Shown: positions 1-12,829 of the stretch, in pieces
Layout: every line of letters begins with the position of its first letter
Numbering within the stretch: position 1 is the stretch's first letter
Assembly: GCA_036172245.1 (NCBI GenBank)
Contig: JAYWIR010000045.1
Location: 930,001 to 994,000, forward strand
From: Raillietiella orientalis
Taxonomy: Eukaryota
Direction of reading: 5' to 3'
DNA length: 64,000 nt
Notes under the pieces: model-generated
What the model saw: the letters and a program-made list of their open reading frames with translations, nothing else
What the model was told of the DNA's origin: nothing
The model's database searches: none
Position numbers and translations under genes: made by a program

Positions 1-58
1 TGGTTCTTCATTTGACATTTTCCTTCTTCTCCTTCCCCTTCCCCCCATCTTCCACCTC

Positions 59-800
59 TTTTTTTTTTTTTTTTACAAGGTTTTCAATCCTTCCCCCTTG
101 GCATACTCCGGGTCAGGTGTCCGAGCCAGTTAACTGGCACGCAGTGGGGGGAGAAGATCAACAAGTGTGGGAAGCAGCCAGAGGATCGAGATTTCTGGAT
201 TTTTTCTCGAAGAAGAATCAGGGGCCTGGGTCTCTTCCCTAAAGGGAAATGGGGACATTGAGAAACCTCGGCAAGATGGTTAAGGAGCGGATTGGAATTA
301 GAGCAGCCCTCACAGATTCTCTCCGGCTCTTTGGAGAGCGACGAGGATCGGCTCAGAAGGCAGTGACGTTGGTGAAATCTCCGTACCCGCGGGACCCGTA
401 TCCAAAGAGTGCGGACCACGTGCGCGTGATGCCATGATCTTCCCTTGTGCCCACGGGGAGTCCAGCGTAGACTCCTCTTGACTCGTTCGATGAAAGCCCT
501 TTGGTAGGACCTTCGTAAGAGACTTGCCTCCTGTCCGAGGGGGACCGAATGGTCGAGAAGGTACGCCACATCCGGAAGAGCCTTCCGACCGGTTTTCCCA
601 GCTGGGGTTCACTCCGCCCCTGCGGTGACCGAGGGGGAAATGCCACCTCGACCGCCTGCGCCCCCGTTCTCGATGGTGCCGAGCACGCTCGAGCGCGAAT
701 TACAAGACACTGCTGCTCCTCTTCCCCATCCTACCCTCCAGGGGAATGAGAGGTAGAGGAAAGTGGCTGTGAGACGCACCGACGACTGCTCCTCGGTTGC
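59..800 (-). mobile_element. Possible 3' remnant of a non-LTR retrotransposon with A-tail, in BRSK intron 2
   Basis: The minus strand reads a degenerate LYLxxxxGxG-like motif (FLYLSFPWRVGWG, ~740), then a Cys/His motif (ICEGCSNSNPLLNH, ~300), then a stop at 84 and a 16-nt A run (T-run 59-74 on +). Motifs are weak. Confidence 0.3.
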
Positions 801-1724
801 CGAGCTCCGAACACACCTCGCTGGAATCTGGTTGCCAGGAAACCTGTCTGGCTTCAGTCGATCTCCCCAAGGGTCGGTAGGTACTTCTCTCGCATGCTCA
901 CTCCACCTCCGCGTTACCCTCATCGCACGGTGTCCGAGTGAGAGAGCTCGTTGGGGAGGGGAGCAGCCCTTGAGAAGTGGACGGCGTCCTCTATCACCAA
1001 CCGCAAGCGCCTTCGTCTGCCTTCTTCTACGCGCAGGCAAGAGCGCGTCTTCGCATCCCCGACTCTTTGTCTAGAGATGTCCTCGCCCATTAGGGGAACG
1101 CGAGGCTACGGGTGACCGCCTCTACCCTCCATTTGCTTCTGCCTCAAGGGAGGAAGGGAGGGCATATCTTGGTCTTCTTCCTTCTATAGTGGTAGATACG
1201 CGAGTGGCGGATCTTCCTACATTGCAGCTTCCTCTATTCTCTGGACAGGGAGAAGCTCAGAATCGAGGGGTGGTTTAGCGAGAGGAAGGAGAGCTCTTCT
1301 TCTCCAGATGTGGTTCATCTGTCCGATCCGAGGTCAGCTGCCAAGTCCATGCCCGAAAAAGCCTCCAGAAAGAAGGTAAGAGACATCGGGAGGGAGTTGG
1401 CATCTGCAGACGGAGACCCCTATCGCTCCTTCTCCCCCTTACATTCCGGTGACTCCCTGTGTTTCTTCCTGGAGGCATAGCCTCGTGCGACTCCTCGTGA
1501 TCCCTGGATGCCCACCCTTGCACCAACTCCACGTAAGTCTGATATGTCCTCTTTAGAAAATGGAGAGAAGAACCTCGTCCTGGAAGGGGACGCTCTCCTC
1601 CCCCTCTCATCCCAGGAGAAAGGGATCTTTTCCCCACTCTAAATGCCAGCGGAGTTCGCCGCGGAGAGGTGGTCATTTCAGGAGGGCGTCGCGAGCGGGC
1701 CGGAACTCTTTGACGGACACGCAC

Positions 1725-1819
1725 CTTCTGCAGCACGGATTCGCTGAGCTTCTCCTTGTTGGCGATCTTGATGGCCACCTTCTTCCCGGAAATGCAATGG
1801 GTCGCCAGCTTGACCAGCC
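1725..1819 (-). CDS. BRSK: BRSK/SAD-1 kinase coding exon 2 (95 nt)
   Basis: tttag|GG CTG GTC AAG...CAG AAG|gtgcgt translates (G)LVKLATHCISGKKVAIKIANKEKLSESVLQK, kinase subdomain II with the VAIK lysine, typical of BRSK1/2, SAD-1 and sff. Phase matches exon 1. Confidence 0.95.
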
Positions 1820-2049
1820 CTAAAGACGGAAGAGATCAAAGTTATTCGCTAGTCGCCAAGAGGGATGACTACGCCCGCTCGCGACTGTTCCGGAAACCCC
1901 CAAGTGGACATCCTCGCGCGAGGATCGAACGGACGGGAGAGAGCGCGTTTCCAAGGTGCTGATCTTCCTTACTCCCGAGCATAAGAGCATGCCGTGAGGA
2001 GTCCGGTGCGCGGCACCAGCCTATGCGCTCGTCGCCCGTCCTGTCGCCT

Positions 2050-3650
2050 TCAGGGGCGAGTTGTCGGAGATTTCATCGTCGGCAGCGTGAAGAAAGCTGA
2101 AGACTGGAAGCTCTTAGCGGAAGACAAGGGGCAACTGTCTCTCAGAGTAGGCTGCTCTTGGAAGGTGGAAGATGGGCGGCTGCGCGGCAGAGACCGGTAT
2201 CCCTTTAGGACAAGGCTGTTGAGAGGTCGAAGCATCATGGATGCACCGTTGCTGCCGAAGACGTGCACTTGCCTGACGACCTGCTTGGCTGCTTTCCCAC
2301 CCCAGCAGCGAGTACTCATGAAACGTGCCACGTTCCATACAGACTTGTCACACGTCCATCACGCTTGAAGAGCGCCTGAAGTGTGCGCGGATGAAGTGTG
2401 CAGTCGACTCATTCTCCTTTCAGACTCCTGTGACCCCATCCTCAGCAGGCAGGCATTTATGTGCATCCTTCTTTCAGTCGCTGTGCTGGTAAAGGTAAAG
2501 GAGGCGGAAGGCCGCTCTTCGGATTAGTTGATGGTCCCGGTTGGAAGGAAGGGGGACAAAGAACTTTGAAGAGGAGCGCAGACCCATCCGCGGTGTCCTC
2601 ATGTTTCTAGCAGGTCTCCGTTTAGCCCCAGGAGTTCTTTTCTTCTCGCGAGCTGCTCGAGTCATAGAACCCCCGCCCCCTGCACTCCTCCAGTTGTCTT
2701 CGAAGCGTCCTGGAGATCGCCTCTTTTCCAGTTGCATCTTTTTTCCTTTCTGGCCCACGAAGAGACTGGCAGGGGAATCTCTGTCCATCTTCTTCGTTTT
2801 TCTCCTCAGAGATGCTGAAGGAGCTTCCCGGTTCCTCCAAGTTTTCATCTCTTTGCCATCAGTCGCCTGCCTGCAGCGTTCCCCGGACCCGAGCCCCTTC
2901 TCGAACGCGAAGGCTCTCCTGCCCAGATGTAGCCGTTTTCTTCCTCGGTTCTCCTGGAGCAACTATCGGGGATGAAAGAATTCTGCTCCAGGAGAGAACA
3001 AAAAGGACGTGAGGAAAGGATCGTACTTTGGGGAGTCAGCGAGGAGTACTGGAGGCTCCTGCCCATCTCTATGCGCCTCCTGCGCTTCACTCTTCGCTCT
3101 ACAATACGGAAAGCGGCCAAGGTCTCTCGCCTGCAGCAGGCAAGAGGGAACGTTCTCCCGGGAGACACCATCGAGAGGAAGGGTGTCGTCCCTACGCGAG
3201 CTCCCGTGGTCCCCCTTCCTGCGAGTTCTTGCCAACGTCCACTCCCTTGAGAGTGGCCGAAGGAGGAAGGGGGAGACTCCCTGGTCGAGTTCTTCAGCTC
3301 GACTCTTCATCGTGGTGGTGGCGTTGGGGTAGCGCAGGCTGGGTGCCTCCTCAGGCGATCGATGGCTTGCCTTCCCGGCTAACTCCTCCCACGTGGAGCT
3401 TCCCCTCTCCTGCCTCTTCCCTCTCCTACGTTCTGCTATGCGGAAATCCTTCGAAGTCCAACCGGAAGTGGAGAGGATGAGGAAGCTGGCTTCTCTGCGG
3501 CAGTGGCGGGAACTGCCAGAGGGTACGAAAGGGGATACACCGGCGACGAAGAGCCAATCCCTCAGGGTGTTTAGCTTTGCCCCACGGCTCTGAGAGAAAG
3601 GCCGACCACGCACCCATTGCGCTCAACTTCCCCACCTGCTTCTTCTGGAA
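2050..3650 (-). mobile_element. Possible highly degenerate non-LTR retrotransposon remnant in BRSK intron 1
   Basis: Weak ordered motifs on minus: GAKLNT (~3580), VSRENVPSCLLQARDLG (~3150), and C..ENESTAHFI (~2400). Frames are broken. Confidence 0.2.
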
Positions 3651-6600
3651 CTTTTCCCTTCAGGAAGTTTGCTCGAAAGGACTCGACTCTCGGTTTCCAG
3701 AAACCCGGAAAGATCGAAGCGCGCCCTCTCTTCCTGGAGACTGGAAGTCACCGCGGCAACTGCAGTGGGAAACGGCATGTCACGCTGCTGAATGAGTGAG
3801 CGTTTCTACACGACAGTGGGACCGAGACACGAGGCATCGCTCTGCCCAGAACACCCTGGACTGAAGAGCATTCTGGATTTCTCTCCCCTCCCCCTCCTTC
3901 CCTCTTCCTCTTCTCCCCTCGACAGGAGAAATGCCCTCCGGGTGAGGGAGCGGCACGGTGGCGGATGGAAAGAGCAGACGGTGAGCTCTCGGCTTTAATC
4001 TCCACCGCCTCCATTGCCTCTGGCCCCTCCCTGTGCTCCTGACTGCTCGTCGGTTCTCAGACAGTAGGCTCTGGCCACTTACTTTCGAGTGAGGAGGAGG
4101 AGCTTCCGGAACTTTGGCGCAGATTCCTCTGGAAGCCGGGATCCTCCAGAGACCGGAGCCAGCAGCTCTGTCTTTCAGTAACAAGGCTCAAAGAGCCGGA
4201 GCTGCTGCTGCACAAGGAAAGCCTCGGGAGCTCCCGGAGGAGGGGGCCGCCGAGGTATCGGGAATCGGGATGGAGCTCGCGTGCGAGAGAAGGAAGCGGG
4301 AAAAAAAAACATGGAAGGCTCCGACCTTCAAGAGCGCCCGAGAAGACTGGACGCGCTCGAGAGATGCTGGGAGCGGGGAGGCATGAACCGCCGGCGTGCG
4401 CGCGGCGGCGCTCGTTCGGTGCCGCCCACAGATCGATGAGCAGCGTCCCCACGAATCGATCGGGATGTTCGCCGATCCTTGCCGGGTGCTTCGCGCGCGC
4501 CTCCGTCGCTCGCACCGCAGGGACTCTGGAGGAAAGGACATCCGAACAGAGGGGGGATGGCAGTCCCTTATGGACGGGGCTGCCCCAGCAGCAGTTCGGA
4601 GCGGGTGGATCCCCGCTTTCCCTCGCCGCTCTCCGGAAGCAGAGGGGAGAGCGTGCGCGCGTCCTTTGAGAGCGAACGCGTCACGGCCGCTCAATATGCA
4701 CACCGGGAGGTGGACGCTCGTCTTTCCGGACTCCTTCCACAGAACTCTGGGATGTTTCTGCCCTCCTCGCTTACTTCCACGCTTCGGCGAGTCGGGAGGG
4801 GCGCGTGCAAACACGTCTGCATGCCTGCGCGACGGCCTTGCGCCAGCCAAGCGCGCGAAGCGACGCGAAACTCGGCGCCACCCAAGCGATACCTGGGGGG
4901 TGGTTCTAGGAGAATCTTCCAGGAGCCCTTCCGCCCTCACGGGGGGCAGTGGCTGTCTTCGGACGAAGAAAGGTTTCATAGGAACTGCGATGTCTCTGTT
5001 TTGACCTGGAATGTTTCGGCAGCAGCGCAAACCACGTGAAGAGAGGGATGCAGATCAGCTGATCTTGCATCCCGCTCTTGTAAGCGTCTTTCCTAGTCGT
5101 GGCTGCCTCTTGACCGATCTGAGAACTTCCAACGACTGAGGAGCAAATGCGAGAAGTTAGAAAAGTTTCGGATGAGACCGGGTTCGTAAACCCCTCATCT
5201 TTCTTCACCTCTCTCTCCCTTCTTCCCCTTCTCCTTCCCTATGGTCCCATAGGGATCCTCCTTACAGCTTATGAACGTCGGCCACTCCGCAAAGTGCTAC
5301 GCCATGGTTACGGGCCATCTTTCGAGGTTGTCCAATGCAGCAGCACGATCGGTCTCTGCTCGAGCGGAAGGTCAAGGACTTGTGATGTGCATGATCCAGG
5401 CAAACGATCGAAAATTCAGGACACGCTTTCTCGGACTTCCCATCCCGGAGATCCGGACGCGCTTCTATCCGGCACTCTCCTCTGGTGTTTCGATCTGGTG
5501 TCTGCAGTCTGCAACAGGGACTACGCCGCAGGATCGAGAGCGCTCAGGGAGTCCAGACCACTCCCATCTTCGCTCCGGATTCCAGGAGAAGACGCCTTCC
5601 CGCTGTGCTTTTGCGGGTGTCCCTCGGTCGCTGGTCGCTGGCGTCACCTCCCGCTTCTTGCACTTTCCAGTCGGGTGGTCCTGGAGAGGCCGGGACTACT
5701 TCGACCCGGCTCGAGGAAGGCTCAGCTACCGAGGAGATGGCGAGGGAGAGGGGAGTTTCCAGACGGAGGCAGCTTTCCGCTCGGGAGAACAGAAGGAAAA
5801 CCCTGGTGCGTCCGGGACTCCTGTCATTTCCTGAATTCGCGGAGCATCCTCTGTCGAGCATCCAAATGCTCGCAAAGGAGGAGTGAGTGGGACACGGTAA
5901 GGGAGGAAGATCTCGGAGAATCGCGATGTCCTTTCGTGCGCCCCTGGCCCCAGCATCCGCTCCATATCGCAACGAGAACACTCGGCGGTTCATTTCCTTC
6001 CGAGAGGGCGAAGCGTCCAGAGTCGTTTCTCCAGCAGCAGCGCGTTCGCGATGCCACCTCCTCTTTGCGGACGCTCTTCCCGGACTTCTCTGGGGCGGGG
6101 ATGTGCTCGGCGGAGGCAGAAAGGAGCACCATCTCCAAAGGAACGCCATTTGCTGCCCGCGTCGGGATCTCAGTCACGGGAGACCGCGGGTCACTCTGCA
6201 CTCTTAAGGGGAGATGGGGGCTCGCTCGGACCACGGACACAATTAAGGACCACATGCGCACTCCACTTTTTCGTTTCCGGATTTCCCTCGAGAGGGGTGC
6301 GGGCGTACCGGGTTCGTGGAAGCCGACCGAAGAGCGAGACTCTCGGGGGAAAAAGAGGAGGAACGGCTCTCTCTGGACGCCGTCCGTAGGGGCTGCGAAT
6401 GGTCCCCGCGGAGACAGACCCGGATCCATGCAAACTTCCCGTCCCTGTGAGTGGAAGGGGGATGCGGGCAGGAGGAGGGGGAAGCACCCCAGCGAGACGA
6501 GAGAAGGAGTAAAGGATGCGGACGGTGGCAGCAACGGGACGTAGAAGAGGGGCGTCCCTGGACCGAAAATTTCCCAGAATGCCTTCCTGGTGAATACGCT

Positions 6601-7581
6601 GCTTGTGACAGCAGCGGCCAGTTTCCCCATGAAGAGAGCAGCGACGAGGAACCGGATGAGGACGAAGGCGTGAAAAGACCCAGTTGCTGGGCCCCGCCCC
6701 CCTTCCCGGGTCATTCGACGGAGCGCGCACGCGACTCACGGGAGGGATCGACGTTTTCCCCTTTTCTTGGAGCCGTCACTGCGCGGGCACACGCCGGAAG
6801 CGACCACGCGGAGTGCCGAAATGCTCCGTACGGGCGATGGAAACCATGGAAACTCTTTTCCCGAATGCTCAGCGGAAAGATGGCGGCGGACTGGAGCTCC
6901 TCCTGATCCTCCCAAGGGCGAGCTCCTCATGCATCTGAAGGGTTGGCAGAGCAGGAAAGGCAGTGGAGAGGGCGAGCCGTTTTCCAACCTCCCTCCGTTG
7001 GTCCTTGGCCTTGACGAACTGACTGCAAAGGGGGGCACGCAAGGAAGAGGCAACGCCCCCTCTTTCCGTCCCAGTTGACGGGAGGGGATAGTGAAAGCAG
7101 CATCTTCCCCTCGTTCCCCCTGTTCTCTTTTCTTCCTCTCCCCGAACCCTGGAGCCGCCCTGGGAAACGCGATCGAGGCGAGTGGGGTGCGCTCTTCGGG
7201 TATCTCCCCAAGCAGAGAGAGAAAAGGGGATCGAGGAGAAAATAGTGGATCCGACCGCATCCTCATCCTCCGTCCGTGGGGAGGGTCCCCGGGCGCGAGG
7301 ATGTGAAACCTCTATATGAAGAGATGAAAAAGGCAACCGGAAAAGTCCTGCGGGGGTGAACGAGGGACTGGGGTGGGGCAAGAGACGGGACAACTAGGAG
7401 AGGGGGGTCATATGCAGTAGCGGAAACTCTTCTTTCCGGTCGCCGCCGCAGGTGGCTTCCGGGGAGCGGAAGCTTCCAGGAGGCTTTTTCTCACTGTCTC
7501 CTGGGCACGCTCGCACGTTTCGCCCCCTCCCTTCCCTCCCATCTGCGCGATAGATGCATAAATGAGGAGTCACGTGCTTAC

Positions 7582-7663
7582 CCGTCTGACCCTTCCCCAG
7601 GGTTTTTTCCAGCTTGTAGGGTCCCACGTACTGGAAGTTGAAGTCGTCCGTCATTCCGTCCAT
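7582..7663 (-). CDS. BRSK: BRSK/SAD-1 kinase coding exon 1 (82 nt)
   Basis: ATG at 7663 gives MDGMTDDFNFQYVGPYKLEKTLGKGQT-G|gtaagc. The YVGPYxLEKTLGKGQTG glycine-rich loop is diagnostic of BRSK/SAD kinases. Canonical donor at 7581-7580; intron 1 is 1820-7581. Confidence 0.95.
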
Positions 7664-8530
7664 CCTGGCGAGTCTCCTCCACCCACGCGCGCGCGAGGAG
7701 CGGAGGCGGGGTCAGAGCATCCTCGACCCAGGGCTTTCTTTCTCTCTCTCTCTTTTTTCTCTCTCCTTTGGGGGATCGGGAGCGGTTGGAGGTCAGGGGC
7801 AGAGGACGGAGGGAGCCGCGCGCAGCACCACCTGACTTGGCGCTCTACCGGAGGGGCAGGAAGGAAGGGGGAAAGCCGCTGGTGGCGGCGGCGGCGGCGA
7901 CGCCCTGGAGACACTGGGAAGAACCCGCTCACGGCTCCGACGCCGCGCGCGCTCTCTCTGGCCGGCACTCGCCCGGTGGCTCGCTCGCTGCTTCGCAGGC
8001 GGAAGGTGTGCGTACGTGCGTGCGCGCGCTCGCCCGCTCGCGGCGAGGCGTCTTCCGCTTCCCGGAGTCTGTGCGGCCGCCGCTGCTCGGGCGCGCGGCG
8101 GACCCTTGCAGGAGCAGATCGATACTTTCGCTGCGGCTGCCTCCTCTCCCGAAGGCTCCAGGAAAGGGGAGCGACTCTCCCGAGTGCTCCCGCCCGAGGA
8201 GGGGAGCTTCGAAGGACGCGCGCACGCCCCAGTACGAACCTCCGAGAGAGGGCGCTCCCTGCCGGAGCGGCTGTCAGGGAGAGCTTCTTCCCCTTCTCTC
8301 CTTTCCCCGCGCGTCCCTCCACGCTTCTCTGAAATGGAAGAAACCGCGGGGCAGGAGAGAGAGGGAAGGAAGGAGGAACGGGTCGTTTTCCTGGGCTTCC
8401 TTTGAGTGAGAAGCCGCCGCAAGATTAGCCCAAGGGAACGATCCGCTCCCGAAACCTCCCAGCCCCCCCTCGCTTCTCCATCTTTTGTAGCGAAGAAGAC
8501 GAGGGGACATGGCGACAGCGCGAGTGTTGC
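7664..8530 (-). promoter_or_regulatory. CpG/GC-rich 5' UTR and promoter region of the BRSK gene
   Basis: Dense CpG, (GC)n and GGC runs and CT/GA tracts lie immediately upstream of the start codon. The TSS cannot be determined from sequence. Confidence 0.55.
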
Positions 8531-10994
8531 CAGACGCTCGCAACGCAAGGGGAGCTCGTGCCTGTCCTTAGAGCACACTGGAGGCTTCTTTGGAGCACCT
8601 CCCTCCCTTTTTTTTTCGGGAAAGAAAGGTTAGGAGGAATCTCCTTCGAAATTCTCCGGGAAGTGAGGAAAGGGATGTGGGAGGAGGGTGAGGAAGCTTT
8701 CCAGAAAGCGGAGTGCCATCTGAACCCGGCTGTAGGTCTGGAAGTTTGCTTCCCTGGGCCCAGACCCAGGAGACGTGAGGGATCTCTTCTGAGAGCGGAT
8801 CCAGCCGTCCGAGGGTCTCGGAGGCCTCCGTAAGAGTCTGAATGCGAGGTTGTCGAAAGCAAAGAGGGCAGAGGGATCCACTATGCAAGAATAGCAGCGC
8901 GCCTTCCGGACCAGGTGAGGACGAAAAACAGGGTGCGCATGCGGGATGTGCTGGGGAATCGCCTCATCCGTTTCGGCTGCTTCTCTTACCCGTTACGTGG
9001 ACCGGAATGGATTAGACATCCTCCGTAAAGAAAGATCCACCGCCCGCCACTTCGTTCCAGTCGTTCTCCCAGAATGGACGGCGGGCAGCACGTCGGCTCG
9101 CGCCGCGAACTATGCGTTTCCATGAGAACGCCATCGGTTTGGAACGCTTCCGAATCTCGAAGTCCGTGTCTGGCATCGCCTCTTCGGTCTCCCTCGAGAT
9201 GTGGGCGCCTCGTCTCTTTTCCACAAAGGTGAAATGGAATGTCTTCCAATGTGATGACAGGTGTTGCCATTGGGAAAGAGGGACTGAGAAGAAATCTCGC
9301 TTACTGCATCTTGAGGAATTATTGCGAGGTTTCCTGAGAGACCCCAAATCTCACCTGATCAGACAGCGCTCCTGCCAGATGCCTTCCGAATCCCGGTCTG
9401 GAAGAATGGGGAGTCGCTTAGAGTAGGTGTATCTCTAGTCTCCGCTCACCCTACTCTTTTGAGGTTGCAGGCTCGTCTACGCTCCTCCACAGCTGCTCAA
9501 GAAGACCAAATAGGATCCATCTGCTTGTCCTGAAACAATGGGGCCGGGTTTCCATCCCTTTTCGCACCCTGGAAACCGCCACTGCGGATGGCGGCTTTTG
9601 TGTGTGCGTGTCTTTCTGGAGCAGATCCAGAGCTTCAGAAGAGCAGATCCAGAATCGACTACTCCGGAGGTCAGCCCATTCCTATCGTTCGGGCATTCGT
9701 GAAAAAGATACAGCAGCAGATGAGAACCTCCATCAGAAAGCGGAACCCTGCCCGACCTTTTTCGCGAGTTCCTTGCCTTCCTTCATGCCGTTGCGGAGTG
9801 CTGCGAACGCCTTTCCTCTCCCACGTCTTCCTTTATCTTCCCGGAAAGGCGTGAGAAGATGGGACCGACTCTTCTGTCCCCACCAACAGGACGGCTCTTC
9901 TCGAATTTAATGGAGGTTTGCTCCATCATGAAGGGGTCTTTTTCGGAGTTGTTTGCTTGAGTCCTTCATCTTTCTTCCGGTACGTTCCAACAGGATTCCT
10001 CTTGCTTCCAAGAGTCCATCCACTGCAAAGACCTACGTCGAACTCTGCTCGGCGCTTCAAACCGCTGATCTCTTGGCTCTCATGCCTGGAAGACTGATGT
10101 TTCCATCAAAGATACCTTTGAAAGTGACCTTGTCGAGGACTCGCGAAATTACTCCTGCCCTTCTTCGAAGATACTGTTGCATCCCAGGATGGATGGTATA
10201 TTAAGAGGAGGGGCAACAACAGATGAAGGAGCAGAGGCAGAGAATTTTGTACCACCGTCTTAGCCTGTTTTCTTCATCCCATTCTCTCGACGACCTGTAG
10301 TTACTCCGGATGTTTCCCGTGCGGTAGGTGATGAGTCAACTGATGCTCCCGATGGGCGTTCTGCAAAGTGCTGGATGTCTGAGCAGCCGATATTTAAGCT
10401 CGCCTTGTCCCTAAGGAAATCTGCAATCCTGCATCGCTGCATTGCTCACTAGGTCGCAAGGCTTCAGTGATGCTGAGAAAAATTCTCTTGCTTTTGTAGT
10501 TTTTAGTTCTTTGGTTCAGTCGCAGCAATTTGAAGCTGCATAAGTTAAAGTGCCTTGGAGGCGCGATCGAGGAAACGTCCACACGCAGGTCGGTAGTCAG
10601 AAGAAAAAAGTGCACACTGAAGAAAGAATTAAAGAGTAATGAAGGCAAAAAAATAAAAATAAATGGACACGCGATATGAATAAAGCTTATGCATAAAGGG
10701 AAACCCCAGGCGAAAGCGTTTATCGTCTTCGGGACAAGGACCAGCTGAGTTGAGAGGATGAAAGAGAGTCACCGGGTTTTTCGTTCCGTGTCTTTCTTTC
10801 TTCTCTTCAAAACGGGAGGAGTCTTTGATTTTTCGACCAGATTTAAGGACATCTTGCTATCCTGCTCACCAAGAAGGGTATCAAACGAATAACTGTCCAC
10901 CTGTGCTGCTCCACTTCATCCACGGAGTGAACCTCATTGGTCTGCGTACCGGTTTATGGCAAGTCTTCCGTGCGTGGTAGAACCAAGTGTTCTA

Positions 10995-12720
10995 CACAAT
11001 AATAAACAATAATAACGAATTTATTATGAAAGTTTTTATAAAAATTTTAATAATAAATGCCCCGGCAAATTCGGGTGCCAAACTTCATCCATTGGTCGGG
11101 AGGTCCTCGCCTCTTGCAGAGTAAAGACAGTTGCCACAGAAACTGCCCACAAGAGTTCTTCGATAGCGCAAGGGCGCTATTGCCACGTGCTTTTACCCAC
11201 CACAAAGGAAGCTGCAGTCCAGAGGCGGACCTCGCAGCAGCTAGGCGCAGTAGGCGATTCGATCACTCCACACCTGGCACAGTCCGAGAACGCCTTTCTC
11301 CTCTTCTGGTGACGCCGAAGTTGCACGGAAGGAACCTCAGTGCAAGAAGAGTGTTGCTGCGTGCCATTGTTACCGAAGTTAAGGCATTCATCCATCCAGA
11401 AGAGCGGTGGGGAGCAGCGCACCTTCAAGGAGAAGTCGAAGCCAGTCCTCGATGTCTTCTCGCCCTCTTCTGCCACTGTTTCTTCCGCAGCTGTCGAACA
11501 AGCACTGTGCGATCAAGCATCCTTTGGCGTGATTGCCTTGTCTCTCCTCATGGACAACAGATCTGGCTCCTGTACCGACTTTCTGCTCGGGGTAGGCTGA
11601 CCGAAGACCTCCAGCTGCCAACGTTGCATGGGAGTTCTCCTGATCTGGATCACCATTTCATCCTACGTGATCCAATGGACAGCCACGATCCTCCATGCAG
11701 GCGATTCGGTATGCAGCTGCTGTGACGACTGTGAAATGTTGGGAGCATTCAAATGATCCCGACATCCCTACAGAGGCTTTTCCCGTCTTTATCTCTTATA
11801 TTCTCTCGTTCTTCTTGGATTTGGGTTTTCCGTAACGCCTATCCCCGCAATGTCTCAGTGCGAATCAGTCAATCTTTTTGAAGATCTTCCTCATAATCCA
11901 GGTGACCACTTTCTCCTGACGGATTGGCCTGACTTCTTTCAATGGAAACGTCCATCTGAACAGCATCAAGGAGTATCTGCGCAAGTCTCCGGTTTGCATC
12001 CTGCTTTGGTCATTTATGACCGCTGGACATCACGCCCGTTGGACACCTTCTTCTCCATACCAGGCGTCACGAAAGAATTGGCAGACGGATTATCCTGAAA
12101 TCCGTGTTCCTTAGTTCTTCCCTGTTACACGACGTCTGATCTTCCCTGATTTCTCTCCATCCTTATCGAGTTACTCTGCTGTGGAAAGGTCTCTGGGAGC
12201 ACCGCAACATCCAAGATGTGCGACGAAAAGGACCCGAAAGATGTTCCGGTTCCAAAGCTGAAACAAGCATCGGAAAATCCCAAGCTGGATGCGATTAGAA
12301 GCAAATATCCGTGCCTCCTGGAACTGGGGTAGATTAGGGTGTCCGAGCATCACGCCGAGGCAGTTAGCGGATGTGCTAGAGAAGAACTAGAAGATACCCT
12401 GCCTCCTGATAAACTTCGATGTGGGGAAGCGGATGGACGTGGATGCCTGCACAAAAATGGTAGGTGCTCGTCGAGAGAACGAGCACCTTGTGCTTAATCT
12501 CGGAAGATTCCCTTAGAGAAGGATGAACAGCCAAAGAGCATTCCTGTATCTCTTGCAGGAGCATCCAGCTCTCTGGCAGATGAGCAGCGACCCGGATGGC
12601 TGCTGTCAGCTATTCGAAGCGGACCGGCCACGAGGACTGCGCATCGGGGTCTGCACTTTGAGGGAGCGTAGTGATTTCTCCACTTTTACCCTTCCTTTCA
12701 ATTTTTCCTGGATAGCCATC
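10995..12720 (-). mobile_element. Degenerate L1/Tx1-like LINE ORF2 3' remnant with AT-rich tail
   Basis: Minus-strand fragments IQLGIFRCLFQLWNRN (~12260) and DCARCGVIESPT (zinc-binding-like, ~11270), followed by an AT-rich tail at 10995-11057. Confidence 0.45.
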
Positions 12721-12829
12721 CTTCCTTTCATGTTGTAACGTATAGTGGTGCTATTCTCTTAGTGGGTCTCTCTCCCCCTTTCTTTCCTAAATGAAGCGCT
12801 GAGATCGTACTTGGAGAGGGAGGAGTCTT

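Noticed and set aside
84..646. DIRS-type tyrosine recombinase (HxxR-like HAHVVR)
   Set aside because: No downstream catalytic W/Y motif or other DIRS features. A LINE 3' end fits slightly better.
5147..6544. 465-aa ORF and overlapping long ORFs within BRSK intron 1
   Set aside because: Arg/Ser/Pro/Gly-rich translation with no recognisable domain. Several frames are open at once, as expected for GC-rich non-coding DNA.
7562..8578. Cluster of 200-260-aa ORFs on both strands
   Set aside because: Explained by the stop-poor CpG-rich 5' region of BRSK.
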